A stretch of 64,000 bases of DNA from an uncultured archaeon (GTDB lineage: Archaea > Aenigmatarchaeota > Aenigmatarchaeia > PWEA01 > JAGHBM01). The stretch's first letter is position 1; every line of letters starts with the position of its first letter. Shown here one piece after another: positions 9,593 to 20,027 of this stretch. The translations under genes were made by a program, and so were the position numbers. The notes below the pieces were generated by a model. That model was not told the DNA's origin. It saw only the letters and a program-made list of their open reading frames with translations, and made no database searches. The DNA is taken from positions 98,974 to 162,973 of the forward strand of contig CAZOZN010000002.1 in assembly GCA_964584335.1 (NCBI GenBank). Direction: 5' to 3'.

Positions 9593-10702
9593 ATGAAGAT
9601 AATATTTTTTACAGATACATACAAACCACAGGTAAATGGTGTTGTTACCTCAATTGACCTGTTCTCAAGAGAACTTAAGAAAAGAGGACATGATGTCCAT
9701 ATAATATGCCCGAAAGACAAAAAATCGCCGGAAGAAAAAAACGTACATTACCTAAAATCATTAAAGTTTAAACCTTACCCCGAATACAGAATAGGGATAC
9801 CTTCTCCTAGAGTTTTAAAGATAACAAAAAAAATATCGCCCGATATAATACACATACATGGACCGTTTTCAATGGGTGTTCTGGGTCTTTCAGTAGCAAA
9901 ATATAAAAAAATACCCGTTGTCATGACTTACCATACATTCATAACGAACTACACTCATTATTTGACAAAAAGAAAATTCTTAGACAAATACAATAAGAAA
10001 ATAGCAAAAAAATACACAAAATGGTTCTTCAACAAATCAGACACTGTCATAGCACCAAGCACGCCAATAAAAAAAATACTTAAAAATTATGGTATAAGAA
10101 AAAATATAGAAGTAATTCCTACGGGAATAAAAACAAAGAAAAAGACAAAAACAAAAAAGTTTGAAACACCTACAATACTTCACGTTGGTAGGGTAACCAA
10201 AGAAAAAAGAATAGACCATTTGATAAAAGCCTTTGCCAAACTAAAAGATAAACAATACCAACTAATAATAACATCAGAAGGTCCATATAGAAAAGAATTA
10301 GAAAGATTTGTGAAAAAAAATAAAATTGAAAATGTCAAATTTTATGGATATGTGTCAGACAAAAAAATGGAAGAGCTTTATAAAAAATCCCATTTGTTTG
10401 CATGTGCATCAAAATCAGAAACACAAGGATTGGTTTTGCTTGAGGCAATGTCTAATGGTTGCCCTGTGTTAGTATCAGAAAGTATGGGTTTTAAAGACTT
10501 CGTCATAGATGGTGTAAACGGAATGTTTTTTAAAAAAGAATCTGAAATACCAGATAAAATAGAAGAAATTATAAAAGATAAAAAATTAAGAAAAATATTA
10601 ATAAAAAACGGGTATGAAACAACCAAAAAATATACGATGAAAAACTGCTGTAAAAAACTAGAAAAAGTATACAAAAAATTAGTGATAAAAAATGAAGAAT
10701 AA
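9593..10702 (+). CDS. GT4 glycosyltransferase (diacylglycerol glucosyltransferase-like)
   Basis: FTDTYKPQVNGV, TYHT, ETQGLVLLEAM. Confidence 0.92.
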   Translation: MKIIFFTDTYKPQVNGVVTSIDLFSRELKKRGHDVHIICPKDKKSPEEKNVHYLKSLKFKPYPEYRIGIPSPRVLKITKKISPDIIHIHGPFSMGVLGLSVAKYKKIPVVMTYHTFITNYTHYLTKRKFLDKYNKKIAKKYTKWFFNKSDTVIAPSTPIKKILKNYGIRKNIEVIPTGIKTKKKTKTKKFETPTILHVGRVTKEKRIDHLIKAFAKLKDKQYQLIITSEGPYRKELERFVKKNKIENVKFYGYVSDKKMEELYKKSHLFACASKSETQGLVLLEAMSNGCPVLVSESMGFKDFVIDGVNGMFFKKESEIPDKIEEIIKDKKLRKILIKNGYETTKKYTMKNCCKKLEKVYKKLVIKNEE

Positions 10703-11708
10703 ATTATCTGTACTTGGTCTGTTTTTATTTGGAATCCTAATAATGATAGGAGTATTTTATTTTGTAGGTATAGAAAAAATTATTTATAATTTATCAAGAA
10801 TGAATCTCTTCTACTACTCACTTTCTATATTGTCTGTTTTTATGATTATATTTTTCTGGGCATTGAGATGGAAAACATTCATAAAAATGTCTGGTTATGA
10901 AGTATGTACAATTGATTTAGTAAAAAACTTAACTGTAGGTTTGGCAATAAACAATATAACACCAGTCGCAAAACTTGGCGGAGAACCAATTAGAGCATAT
11001 TTACTAAAAAAAATTCACAATATACCTATAAGAAGGGGGCTGGCAACAACCATATCGGACCTTACAATAGAATTTTTTGTATCTGTTCTAATAGTACTTT
11101 CATCAATGATTCTGATAACATTCTACATACAGCCGCCAATTTGGCTTTCGACGATTCTTACCGTATTCATATTATTGTCTCTAATTGGTTTAGGTAGTAT
11201 AATAGGTATATATTCAAACAAAAGGTTTATAAGCAGAATAATAACATGGTTTATAGACAAGGTAAAAAGATTAAAACCACTTGAAAAAACAATACTGAGA
11301 AGGTACAGTGATTTCCAAAACACTTTTAGAAAAAATTTACAAAATAAAAAAGTTTTCATGAAAGCCTTGATTTTCGGTATAGTTATGAAATTCTTTGATG
11401 TTATGAAGTTCTTCTTTATTTTTATGTCAATAGGTTATACAGTAGGTATACCAGAAATAGTCGTTATAATGGGCATAACTTTAATGTTGATGGTTCTTCC
11501 CGGGACACCTGGCAATATAGGAATAATGGAAGGGGGAATGACATACGCTTTTTCATTAATGGGTATACCAATAGAAATAGCTGCAACTGCAGTATTTCTA
11601 GAAAGACTGTTGTGGTTTTGGGGCCTTACCGTAATTGGTGGTTTATTTGGTCTGCACTATCAAATAAATTTTAGGACACAAAGAGAGGATATATTAAATG
11701 AAAGTTAA
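10692..11708 (+). CDS. Lysylphosphatidylglycerol-synthase TM-domain / flippase-like protein (UPF0104)
   Basis: Multiple TM helices; NNITP...GGEP and TPGNIGIMEG motifs. Confidence 0.88.
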   Translation: MKNKLSVLGLFLFGILIMIGVFYFVGIEKIIYNLSRMNLFYYSLSILSVFMIIFFWALRWKTFIKMSGYEVCTIDLVKNLTVGLAINNITPVAKLGGEPIRAYLLKKIHNIPIRRGLATTISDLTIEFFVSVLIVLSSMILITFYIQPPIWLSTILTVFILLSLIGLGSIIGIYSNKRFISRIITWFIDKVKRLKPLEKTILRRYSDFQNTFRKNLQNKKVFMKALIFGIVMKFFDVMKFFFIFMSIGYTVGIPEIVVIMGITLMLMVLPGTPGNIGIMEGGMTYAFSLMGIPIEIAATAVFLERLLWFWGLTVIGGLFGLHYQINFRTQREDILNES

Positions 11709-12717
11709 TATCATAGTTAAAACCCCTAGAAAAAAATCAAAAAAATCAGGAATCGTCAATTCAGCACTGAGGTTTGTTAAAAACCTTCAAAAACAAGGTA
11801 TAGAAGTTCATATAAATGGGAAAGGATATGACTACGATATATTCCACTTTCATATGCCCTCTCCTGATTACCTTTACAAGATAAAAAAAGCCAAAAGAAA
11901 AGGAATAAAAATAATAACACATGCTCATGTAACAATAGAAGATCTTAAAGGTAGTTTTACTTTAACGGAAAACAAAAGATTCCTGAAAATGGCAAAAAAA
12001 TATATAATATATTTTTACAACCAGGGAGACCTTGTCTTAACACCAAGCGAATGGACAAAAAAGACACTAATAAATAACGGCGTGAAAACACCAATAAAGG
12101 TTTTGAGTAATGGAATAGAAAATAAAAAATTCAAATTTAGTGAAACTAAAAGAAAAGAATTTAGGAAAGAACATAAAATAAGAAAAAATGATTTGGTTGT
12201 ATATTCCGTAGGAATGGTATTCTTAAGGAAAGGTATAGATACTTTTGTTTCTGTCGCAAAAAAAATGCCGGATATAAATTTTTTCTGGATAGGTAAGAAA
12301 TACAACTCTATGTTTGTGAATCCAAGGAAAACAAATAAAATTTTAAAAGACTTGCCTCCAAATTGCAAATTCTTGGGTTTTGTTAAAGATATCATAGCTG
12401 CACATTGTGGCTGTGATATGTTTTTATTTCCATCCTATGTCGAAAACCAGGGAATAGTAATTCTTGAAGCAGCTGCTTGTGAAAGTCCAATAATAGTAAG
12501 AGATATACCTGTTTACAAAGATTGGTTATTCCATAATAAGAATTGTCTTAAAGGTGTGAATACGGATGATTTTGTAAAAAATATAAGATTGCTGGTTAAA
12601 GATAAAAAAATTAGAAAAAAAATGATAAAAGAAGGTAAGAACCTTGCTTCAAAAAACGACCTTAATCTAATGACAAAAAAACTTATAAAAAACTATGAAA
12701 ACCTTTTAAATTCTTAG
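11698..12717 (+). CDS. GT4 glycosyltransferase (CpoA/diglycosyl-lipid synthase-like)
   Basis: [30 protein letters not shown]. Confidence 0.88.
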   Translation: MKVNIIVKTPRKKSKKSGIVNSALRFVKNLQKQGIEVHINGKGYDYDIFHFHMPSPDYLYKIKKAKRKGIKIITHAHVTIEDLKGSFTLTENKRFLKMAKKYIIYFYNQGDLVLTPSEWTKKTLINNGVKTPIKVLSNGIENKKFKFSETKRKEFRKEHKIRKNDLVVYSVGMVFLRKGIDTFVSVAKKMPDINFFWIGKKYNSMFVNPRKTNKILKDLPPNCKFLGFVKDIIAAHCGCDMFLFPSYVENQGIVILEAAACESPIIVRDIPVYKDWLFHNKNCLKGVNTDDFVKNIRLLVKDKKIRKKMIKEGKNLASKNDLNLMTKKLIKNYENLLNS

Positions 12718-12743
12718 CATCATTATATTTCTATTGTGATTCT

Positions 12744-13964
12744 ATGTACGAGCTGACAAAAGAAGGCAAAAAATACACAAAGAATAATCTCCCGGAAGTA
12801 AATTTGGTAAAAGAAGCCAAAAAAAACAAAGAAATTAAAAAACTAAGGGAAAATATAGAAAACTTTAATATAGCTGTACAGTGGGCCAAGAAAAACGGCT
12901 GGATTGAAATCAAAAAAGGCAGGTTAGAATTAAAAAAAATACCATCAAATTACGAGATATATGAGTCACTTAAAAAAGTCGGTAAAAAAGAAATAAGCAA
13001 AAAAAATGCCGAAATACTTTTGAAGAGGGGTCTAATAAAAGAAATAAGAGAAGATATAGAAAAAGAAGCAAAAAAATTCTTGGGTAAGGAAGTTACAAAT
13101 ATACATCCTTCTTTAATAAAGACCGGTTTGTGGAGAAAAGTAAAGTTAAAGAAATATAATATAAAGGCACCTGGTAAAAAAATACATCCGGGTAAAATTC
13201 AACCATACCAAAAGTTCATAATTAAAGTAAAGAGAAAACTAATAGAGCTCGGGTTTAAAGAAATGACAGGGCCTACGATAGAAACAGAATTTTGGAACTT
13301 TGATGCGCTATTTCAGCCACAGAATCATCCTTCCAGAGATTGGACTGACACATACTCATTAAAAAATCCGGAAAGGGGTGAACTACCGGATAAAAAAATA
13401 GTTGAAAATGTAAAAAAATCCCACGAAAAAAACTGGTGTTATTCCTGGGATAAAAATAAGGCATCAAATTTAATGCCAAGAGCCCATGATACTGCAATAT
13501 CGCCGAGATATATGGCAAAAGGAGTAAAAATACCCGGAAAATATTTCAATCTTGTAAGGTGCTACAGACCGGATGTTTTAGATGCAACACATGCTATCGA
13601 GTTTAATCAGCTGGGAGGTTTTGTAATAGGCGAAAACATGAATCTAAAAAATCTTTTGGGACTTCTAAAGATGTTTGCAATCGAATTCGGAGATGCTGAA
13701 GAAATAAAATTTTATCCAGATTATTATCCTTTTACTGAGCCAAGTGTTCAAATAAGTGCAAAACACAAAAAACTTGGATGGATTGAGCTTGCTGGTGCGG
13801 GTATATTCAGAAAGGAATTGACAGAGCCGTTGGGTATAAAAGTTCCGGTTATAGCATGGGGAATTGGGATAGACAGGCTTGCTATGTGTGCTCTTGGAAT
13901 CAAAGATATTAGACAACTTTTTAGCCAAGATTTGGACTGGTTAAGAAATCACAGGGTGTTATAA
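12744..13964 (+). CDS. pheS: Phenylalanyl-tRNA synthetase alpha subunit
   Basis: [38 protein letters not shown]. Confidence 0.98.
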   Translation: MYELTKEGKKYTKNNLPEVNLVKEAKKNKEIKKLRENIENFNIAVQWAKKNGWIEIKKGRLELKKIPSNYEIYESLKKVGKKEISKKNAEILLKRGLIKEIREDIEKEAKKFLGKEVTNIHPSLIKTGLWRKVKLKKYNIKAPGKKIHPGKIQPYQKFIIKVKRKLIELGFKEMTGPTIETEFWNFDALFQPQNHPSRDWTDTYSLKNPERGELPDKKIVENVKKSHEKNWCYSWDKNKASNLMPRAHDTAISPRYMAKGVKIPGKYFNLVRCYRPDVLDATHAIEFNQLGGFVIGENMNLKNLLGLLKMFAIEFGDAEEIKFYPDYYPFTEPSVQISAKHKKLGWIELAGAGIFRKELTEPLGIKVPVIAWGIGIDRLAMCALGIKDIRQLFSQDLDWLRNHRVL

Positions 13965-15631
13965 TGCCAACAATAGAATTTTCTTTAAGAGACTTGGAAA
14001 AACTTGTAGGAAGAAAAATAAATATAAATGATTTTGAAGATGAGGGAGTTCTTTTTGTAAAGGGTGAATTGGAAAACGAAGAAAACGGAGAGGTTAAGGT
14101 AGACATAAAAGACACTAATAGGCCTGACTTGTGGAGTATAGAAGGCATAGCGAGAGAATTAAAGGGTCATTACAAAGTAGAAGAAGGTATCCCCAATTAC
14201 GGCTCAAAAAAATCCGGGCTGGTGGTTTATGTTGACAAAAAAGTAAAAAAAGTTAGGCCCAAAACCGTTTGTGCAGTAGTAAAAAAACTTAATATGAACG
14301 AGAATTCAATAAAACAGCTCATACAACTCCAAGAGAAGGTTTGTCAGACTTTTGGAAGAAATCGTGATGTTGCCGCTATAGGTGTCTATGATTACGACAA
14401 AATAAAAGGTCCGATAAATTACACGACTTTCAAGCCAAAAGAATTGAAATTTATCCCTCTCGGTTTTGAAAAAGAAATGGACTTAAATCAAATAATAAAA
14501 AATCATCCAAAGGGTGTTGAATACGGCCACTTGTTAAAGAACAAAAAAGAATATCCAATATTCATAGACAGTAAAAAAAATGTACTTTCAATGCCACCTA
14601 TAATAAACTCGAATTATACAGGAAAGGTTGATGAAAAAACTAAAAACGTGTTTATTGAAGTATCTGGTCATGATATAAACAGAATATCTGTAGCCCTTAA
14701 CGTGATAGTTACAGCTTTGGCAGAAAGAGGAGGAATTATACAAACAGTTGATGTTATTTATGAAAAAGACAAAATAACAACACCAAATTTAGAACCCAAG
14801 AAATCAGAACTTGACGTAAACTACTGCAGGAATATATTGGGAATGGATATATCCTCGAGTGAAATGATAAAACTTTTAAAACAATCAAGGTTTGACGCAA
14901 AGCTAAATAAAGATAAAATAGAAGTACATTACCTTCCTTACAGAAATGATATTATGGACCAGAGAGATTTGATAGAAGAAGTGGCCATATCTTTCGGTTA
15001 TAATGATATAGAGCCAGAAGAACCCGAATTCTATGTTAAAGGCGATGAGGTAAAAATAGAGAAGTTCTCAAACAAAATAAGAGAATTGTGTGTTGGATTT
15101 GAATTACAGGAGATAATGAATTACACTTTAACCAACAAAAAAGACCTTCTCGAAAAAATGAAAAACGAAGAAGATGTAGTAGAGATAAAGAATCCAATAT
15201 CTTCAAATTGGTCAGTTTTCAGAAACTCATTGATTCCTGGATGTATTAACTTTTTATCCTATAACAAGCACAAGGAATATCCACAGAAAGTCTTTGAAAT
15301 TGGAGATGTTATAATAATAGACAACAAAAAAGAAACAAAAACAAGAGACATAAGAAAATTATCTATAGTGATGACAGATGTGGGTATTGGGTATGAAAAT
15401 ATTTCATCTATACTGAACTCGATTATGAAAAATATTGGACTGGAATACAAAATAGAAGAGAATATGAAAGAGAAATTTATAGAAGGAAGAAGAGGAGATA
15501 TTTTTATAAAGAACAAAAAAATAGGAGAAATTGGAGAAATATCCCCAGAAGTATTGGAAAATTTCTATCTTGAAATGCCTGTAGTAGCAATGGAAATTGA
15601 TTTAGAAAATATAATGAAATTAACTAGTTAA
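13964..15631 (+). CDS. pheT: Phenylalanyl-tRNA synthetase beta subunit
   Basis: TNRPDLWSIEG, SMPPIINS, YRNDI...DLIEEVAI. Confidence 0.97.
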   Translation: MPTIEFSLRDLEKLVGRKININDFEDEGVLFVKGELENEENGEVKVDIKDTNRPDLWSIEGIARELKGHYKVEEGIPNYGSKKSGLVVYVDKKVKKVRPKTVCAVVKKLNMNENSIKQLIQLQEKVCQTFGRNRDVAAIGVYDYDKIKGPINYTTFKPKELKFIPLGFEKEMDLNQIIKNHPKGVEYGHLLKNKKEYPIFIDSKKNVLSMPPIINSNYTGKVDEKTKNVFIEVSGHDINRISVALNVIVTALAERGGIIQTVDVIYEKDKITTPNLEPKKSELDVNYCRNILGMDISSSEMIKLLKQSRFDAKLNKDKIEVHYLPYRNDIMDQRDLIEEVAISFGYNDIEPEEPEFYVKGDEVKIEKFSNKIRELCVGFELQEIMNYTLTNKKDLLEKMKNEEDVVEIKNPISSNWSVFRNSLIPGCINFLSYNKHKEYPQKVFEIGDVIIIDNKKETKTRDIRKLSIVMTDVGIGYENISSILNSIMKNIGLEYKIEENMKEKFIEGRRGDIFIKNKKIGEIGEISPEVLENFYLEMPVVAMEIDLENIMKLTS

Positions 15632-16393
15632 CCAGTTGACTAATTTCTGGAAAAACCCATTTGATTCATAAATTGGCTCTTCACCAACCAGATTTGAGCC
15701 AAATTTATTTATTGCGACACTTGCAGGAGAATTCGATTTGTGACTAACTACGGGTACTTTTTTATGTATGCTTTGGGGAACAAAGGAATCTTCTGGTACC
15801 TTTCCCAATATAGGAAGCTCAAGCAATCCCTTAATCTCGTCTTCTTTTAGCTCTGTCTTTGACCTGTTTATCCTATTAACCACAACACCCATGACATTTG
15901 TATCAAACTCCCTGGCAAGGTTCTTTACCTTAAGAGCCTCGGTTACTGAAGGCAAATCAGGACTAGTTATTATAACTATATCGTCCGCTATTTCCATAGA
16001 TTTTAGGGCTTCTTTGCCCAAACCAGCTGCTCCGTCAACCAATACATAATCAGAGCCATCTGCAAGGTCAAAAAGAGAGTTGGGTAACAAATCAAGGTTC
16101 ATTCCATTTAAATCATCAATCCCTATACCACCAGGTATAATCTTAAGGCCTGTTGGATGTATATAAGTAGCTTCATTTACAGAAACATTCCCTTTAAGTA
16201 CATCATGTAAAGTAATGGGATAAAGAGGTATTCCAAGATGCATAGATAAGTTTGGTGTAGTTACATTTCCGTCAACAACAACGGTATCCTTCCCTAGTTT
16301 ATTCAAAATTAGTGCTGTGTTTGATACGAGGGTGGTTTTTCCTACACCTCCTTTACCAGAAATAAAAGTGATTATCCTACCCATATACCCCAC
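15620..16393 (-). CDS. minD: MinD/ParA-family ATPase (archaeal MinD-like)
   Basis: Deviant Walker A SGKGGVGKTT; DGAAGLG; GVVVNR; amphipathic C-terminus FFQKLVNWL. Confidence 0.88.
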   Translation of the reverse strand: MGYMGRIITFISGKGGVGKTTLVSNTALILNKLGKDTVVVDGNVTTPNLSMHLGIPLYPITLHDVLKGNVSVNEATYIHPTGLKIIPGGIGIDDLNGMNLDLLPNSLFDLADGSDYVLVDGAAGLGKEALKSMEIADDIVIITSPDLPSVTEALKVKNLAREFDTNVMGVVVNRINRSKTELKEDEIKGLLELPILGKVPEDSFVPQSIHKKVPVVSHKSNSPASVAINKFGSNLVGEEPIYESNGFFQKLVNWLTS

Positions 16394-16437
16394 ACATAAT
16401 TTTTGTAATTATTGATTTATATAAACATACTAAAATA

Positions 16438-16557
16438 TGGCGGGAGCGGAGGGATTTGAACCCTCGACCCCTGGCTTTCTTCCTATCATCCTTAGGAGTC
16501 AACTTTTCTAACTATCGTTAGAAGGCCAGTGCTCTATCCAAGCTGAGCTACGCACCC
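16438..16557 (-). tRNA. tRNA-Arg(TCT) with 42-nt intron at 37/38 (16477-16518)
   Basis: Reverse complement gives a cloverleaf with CTGGC/GCCAG anticodon stem, GGTTCAAATCC T-arm and CCA; CTTC/GAAG BHB helix. Confidence 0.9.
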
Positions 16558-16619
16558 ACAACTTTAATGATTAATAAAGTTAAATATAAAACTATTAAAA
16601 ATAATTTATAAGTGATTTT

Positions 16620-19241
16620 ATGACCAATAAAAGCGGTATTTCTGTATCATTTTCCGAAATAGAAGAAAAATGGCAGAGAAAATGGGAAGAAGAGAGGGTA
16701 TTTGTATCAGAAAAGAAAAATAAAGAGAAATTTTATGTTTTAGAAATGTTTCCGTATCCTTCTGGTTCAGGGTTGCATATGGGACATGCTTTCAACTACA
16801 CTATAGGAGACATATATGCAAGATTTAAGAGAATGAAAGGATTTAACGTGATATACCCCATGGGTTATGATGCGTTGGGATTGCCAGCTGAAAATGCGGC
16901 TATAAAAGAAGGGGAACATCCGGGAAAATACACAGAAAAAGCAATAAAAAACTACATGAAACAGCAAAAATCCCTTGGTCTAAGCTATGATTGGTCAAGA
17001 ATAGTCAAAACATGTGAGCCAGAATATTACAAATGGAACCAATATTTTTTCTTAAAATTCCTTGAAGATGGGTTGGCATACAGAAAAAAATCACCCGTTA
17101 ACTGGTGTCCAAAATGCAAGACTGTGTTAGCCAATGAACAAGTGCATAACGGCAGGTGTTGGAGGCATGAAGACACTGAAGTTGAAATAAAACACCTCGA
17201 ACAATGGTTTATAAAGACTACAAAGTACGCGGAAGAGCTATTGGAAGATATAGATAAGCTCGATTGGCCGGAAAGAATAAAAAGCATGCAGAAACACTGG
17301 ATTGGAAAAAGTCACGGAACAGAGATATTATTTGAGATAAATGGAGAAAAATGGCCAATATTTACTACCAGGCCGGATACTATATTTGGAGTTACTTTTA
17401 TGGTTATATCTGCACAACATCCAAGGCTTATGGAGCTAGTGACAGAAGAACAAAAAGAAGAAGTTGATGAATTTCTAAAGAAAATAAAATCTACAAGCGA
17501 AAGGGACATGGAAGAACTTGAAAAAGAAGGAGCTTTTACGGGTTCATATGCTATAAATCCAGTGAACGGAGAAAAAATACCTGTTTATACTGGAAACTTT
17601 GTGTTAGCGGAATACGGTTCCGGTATGGTAATGGCTGTTCCTTCGCATGACCAGAGAGATTTTGAATTCGCAAAAAAATACGGAATACCGATAAAAATTG
17701 TCATAAAACCGGAAAAAAGTAAATTGGATCCAAACAAATTAGAAAGAGCATATACAGAAGAAGGTATACTTGTAAATTCGGGGCAATTTAACGGTATTAA
17801 AAATGACAAAGCTATAAAAGAAATAACAAAATTCCTTGAAAAAAATAAAATGGGCAAGAAAACTCTTCAGTATAAGTTGAGAGATTGGTTGATATCGAGA
17901 CAAAGATACTGGGGAACTCCAATTCCTGTTATTTACTGTAAAAATTGTGGAATATTACCGGTACCTGAAGAAGAAATTCCGGTAAAATTGCCCAAAAAAG
18001 TCAAATTCGGTGAAGGCAATCCACTAAAATCAAACAAGGAATTTTTAAAAACAAAATGTCATAAGTGTGGCGGGCCTGCAAAAAGAGAAACAGATACTAT
18101 GGACACTTTTTTTGACTCATCGTGGTACTTTTTGAGATACTGTGACAACAAAAACGAAGAAGAAGCTTTCAAAAAGGAAAAAGCAGATTACTGGATGCCC
18201 GTGGACAAATATATTGGTGGAGCCGAACATGCCTGTATGCATTTAATATACGCAAGATTCTTTACAAAAGCCTTGAGAGATTTGGGTTTATTGAATATAG
18301 ACGAGCCATTTAAGTCATTATTTAACCAAGGTATGCTACATGGTAAAGATGGCCATGTAATGTCCAAATCAAGGGGGAATGTAGTTCTGCCTGAGACCAT
18401 TTCAAAAAAATATGGGATAGATACGGCAAGAATGTTTCTCGTTTCAGTTGCATCACCCGATAAAGACATAGATTGGAGTGATAAAGGCATAGAAGGGAGT
18501 TTCAGGCTTATTAAAAGAGTTTTCAAGTATTTTGAAAATCTTAATTTTGGAGATAAAAACAAAAAAATAGAGAGTAAATTACAAAGAACTATAAAAAATG
18601 TAACAGAAAATATAGAAGATTTTAAGTACAATATGGCAATAATAGCACTAAGAGAATTTTTTAAGTACATAGAAGAGTATAATATAGATAAAAAATCAGC
18701 AGAAACATTTTTAAAATTATTACACCCATTTTGTCCACATATAACTGAAGAATTATGGGAAAAAATAGGGAACAAAGAACTAATAACATCACAAGAATGG
18801 CCGGTTTTTGATGAATCAAGGATAGACATAGATTCAGAACTTCAGGAAATCATAGTTAATAATGTTGTTGAAGATATTGAAGAAATAAAAAATATAACAG
18901 GAATAGAAAATCCAAAAATTATAAGAATATTTGTTGCAAGTGAATGGAAATATAAAGTTTACGAGGGATTTCTGGAAGGGAAAAGTATAGGAGATTTTAT
19001 GAAGAAAAAAAAATACAAAGATAATAGTAAAGAAGTTGTTAAATATATGCAGCAACTTATGAAAAGAAGGACTAAAGAAAACATACTAAGTCATAAAAAA
19101 GAGGTTGAAACATTAAAAAAAGAGAAAAACAACATTGAAAAAAGAGTAAACGCAAAAATAGAAATAATAAAATCTGAAGACAGTAAAGAAAAAAAGGCAA
19201 GTCAGGCTGAGCCGATGAAGCCGGGAATACTTATAGAATAA
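16620..19241 (+). CDS. leuS: Leucyl-tRNA synthetase (bacterial-type core, archaeal-type C-terminus)
   Basis: FYVLEMFPYPSG-LHMGH, FTTRPDT, DWLISRQRYWG, YIGGAEHA, VMSKS; ends AEPMKPGILIE. Confidence 0.97.
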   Translation: MTNKSGISVSFSEIEEKWQRKWEEERVFVSEKKNKEKFYVLEMFPYPSGSGLHMGHAFNYTIGDIYARFKRMKGFNVIYPMGYDALGLPAENAAIKEGEHPGKYTEKAIKNYMKQQKSLGLSYDWSRIVKTCEPEYYKWNQYFFLKFLEDGLAYRKKSPVNWCPKCKTVLANEQVHNGRCWRHEDTEVEIKHLEQWFIKTTKYAEELLEDIDKLDWPERIKSMQKHWIGKSHGTEILFEINGEKWPIFTTRPDTIFGVTFMVISAQHPRLMELVTEEQKEEVDEFLKKIKSTSERDMEELEKEGAFTGSYAINPVNGEKIPVYTGNFVLAEYGSGMVMAVPSHDQRDFEFAKKYGIPIKIVIKPEKSKLDPNKLERAYTEEGILVNSGQFNGIKNDKAIKEITKFLEKNKMGKKTLQYKLRDWLISRQRYWGTPIPVIYCKNCGILPVPEEEIPVKLPKKVKFGEGNPLKSNKEFLKTKCHKCGGPAKRETDTMDTFFDSSWYFLRYCDNKNEEEAFKKEKADYWMPVDKYIGGAEHACMHLIYARFFTKALRDLGLLNIDEPFKSLFNQGMLHGKDGHVMSKSRGNVVLPETISKKYGIDTARMFLVSVASPDKDIDWSDKGIEGSFRLIKRVFKYFENLNFGDKNKKIESKLQRTIKNVTENIEDFKYNMAIIALREFFKYIEEYNIDKKSAETFLKLLHPFCPHITEELWEKIGNKELITSQEWPVFDESRIDIDSELQEIIVNNVVEDIEEIKNITGIENPKIIRIFVASEWKYKVYEGFLEGKSIGDFMKKKKYKDNSKEVVKYMQQLMKRRTKENILSHKKEVETLKKEKNNIEKRVNAKIEIIKSEDSKEKKASQAEPMKPGILIE

Positions 19242-19266
19242 TTGACATCAAATGAGGTAGATAAAA

Positions 19267-19917
19267 ATGAAAAAAGGAGATTTTGTAAAAATAAGTTATA
19301 CTGGAAAAATAAAAGAAAATAAAGAGGTTTTCGATACAACTTCAGAAGAAGTTGCAAAGAAGAACAACATATTTAACCCCAAAGCAAACTACGGACCTGT
19401 GCTCGTAATATTAGGTCATAATAAAGTTGTTAAGGGATTGGATGAAGAAATACAAAAAATGAAAGTTGGTGATAAAAAAGAAATAGAAGTATCACCTGAC
19501 AAGGGATTCGGTAAGAGGGACCCCAAGCTAATGAAACTTATTCCTATATCAGAATTTAAAAAACAAAAGATAGATCCATACCCTGGATTAGTTCTAAAAA
19601 TGAATAATATGAGTTGCAGAGTAATATCTGTAAACTCGGGTAGAGTGAGAGTTGATTTTAATCATCCCCTTGCTGGAAAAAATATAGTATACGACTTGAA
19701 AGTAGAAAAAAAATTAAACAAAGAAGAAGAAAAAGTAAAATCTATATGTGAATACTACAACTATGAACCAGAAAAAATAATAAAGAACAAAAAAGAAATA
19801 GAAATTATAACAAAAAAAGATACAGACAATAAGACTAAAAAAATGATAACAAATGACATATTTGACCACATGGGTTTTGACAAAATAAAATTTTCTGACA
19901 TCTTTGAAAGAAAATAA
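19267..19917 (+). CDS. FKBP-type peptidyl-prolyl isomerase (SlyD-like, long archaeal form)
   Basis: VFDTT, PDKGFGKRD, VDFNHPLAGK. Confidence 0.95.
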   Translation: MKKGDFVKISYTGKIKENKEVFDTTSEEVAKKNNIFNPKANYGPVLVILGHNKVVKGLDEEIQKMKVGDKKEIEVSPDKGFGKRDPKLMKLIPISEFKKQKIDPYPGLVLKMNNMSCRVISVNSGRVRVDFNHPLAGKNIVYDLKVEKKLNKEEEKVKSICEYYNYEPEKIIKNKKEIEIITKKDTDNKTKKMITNDIFDHMGFDKIKFSDIFERK

Positions 19918-20027
19918 AACATTTTGCACGAAAGCTTTATATAATTAACATGTAATATAATTATTACTTGAGTGTTTAACAAAAACATTTGATATTAATT
20001 GATGTCAAATTATTTAGAGGGGATAAA

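Noticed and set aside
15620-16393. MinD-like ATPase as the ParA partner of the parS-like array
   Set aside because: It is 20 kb away, has a MinD-type amphipathic C-terminus and no adjacent ParB; nothing in the sequence links them
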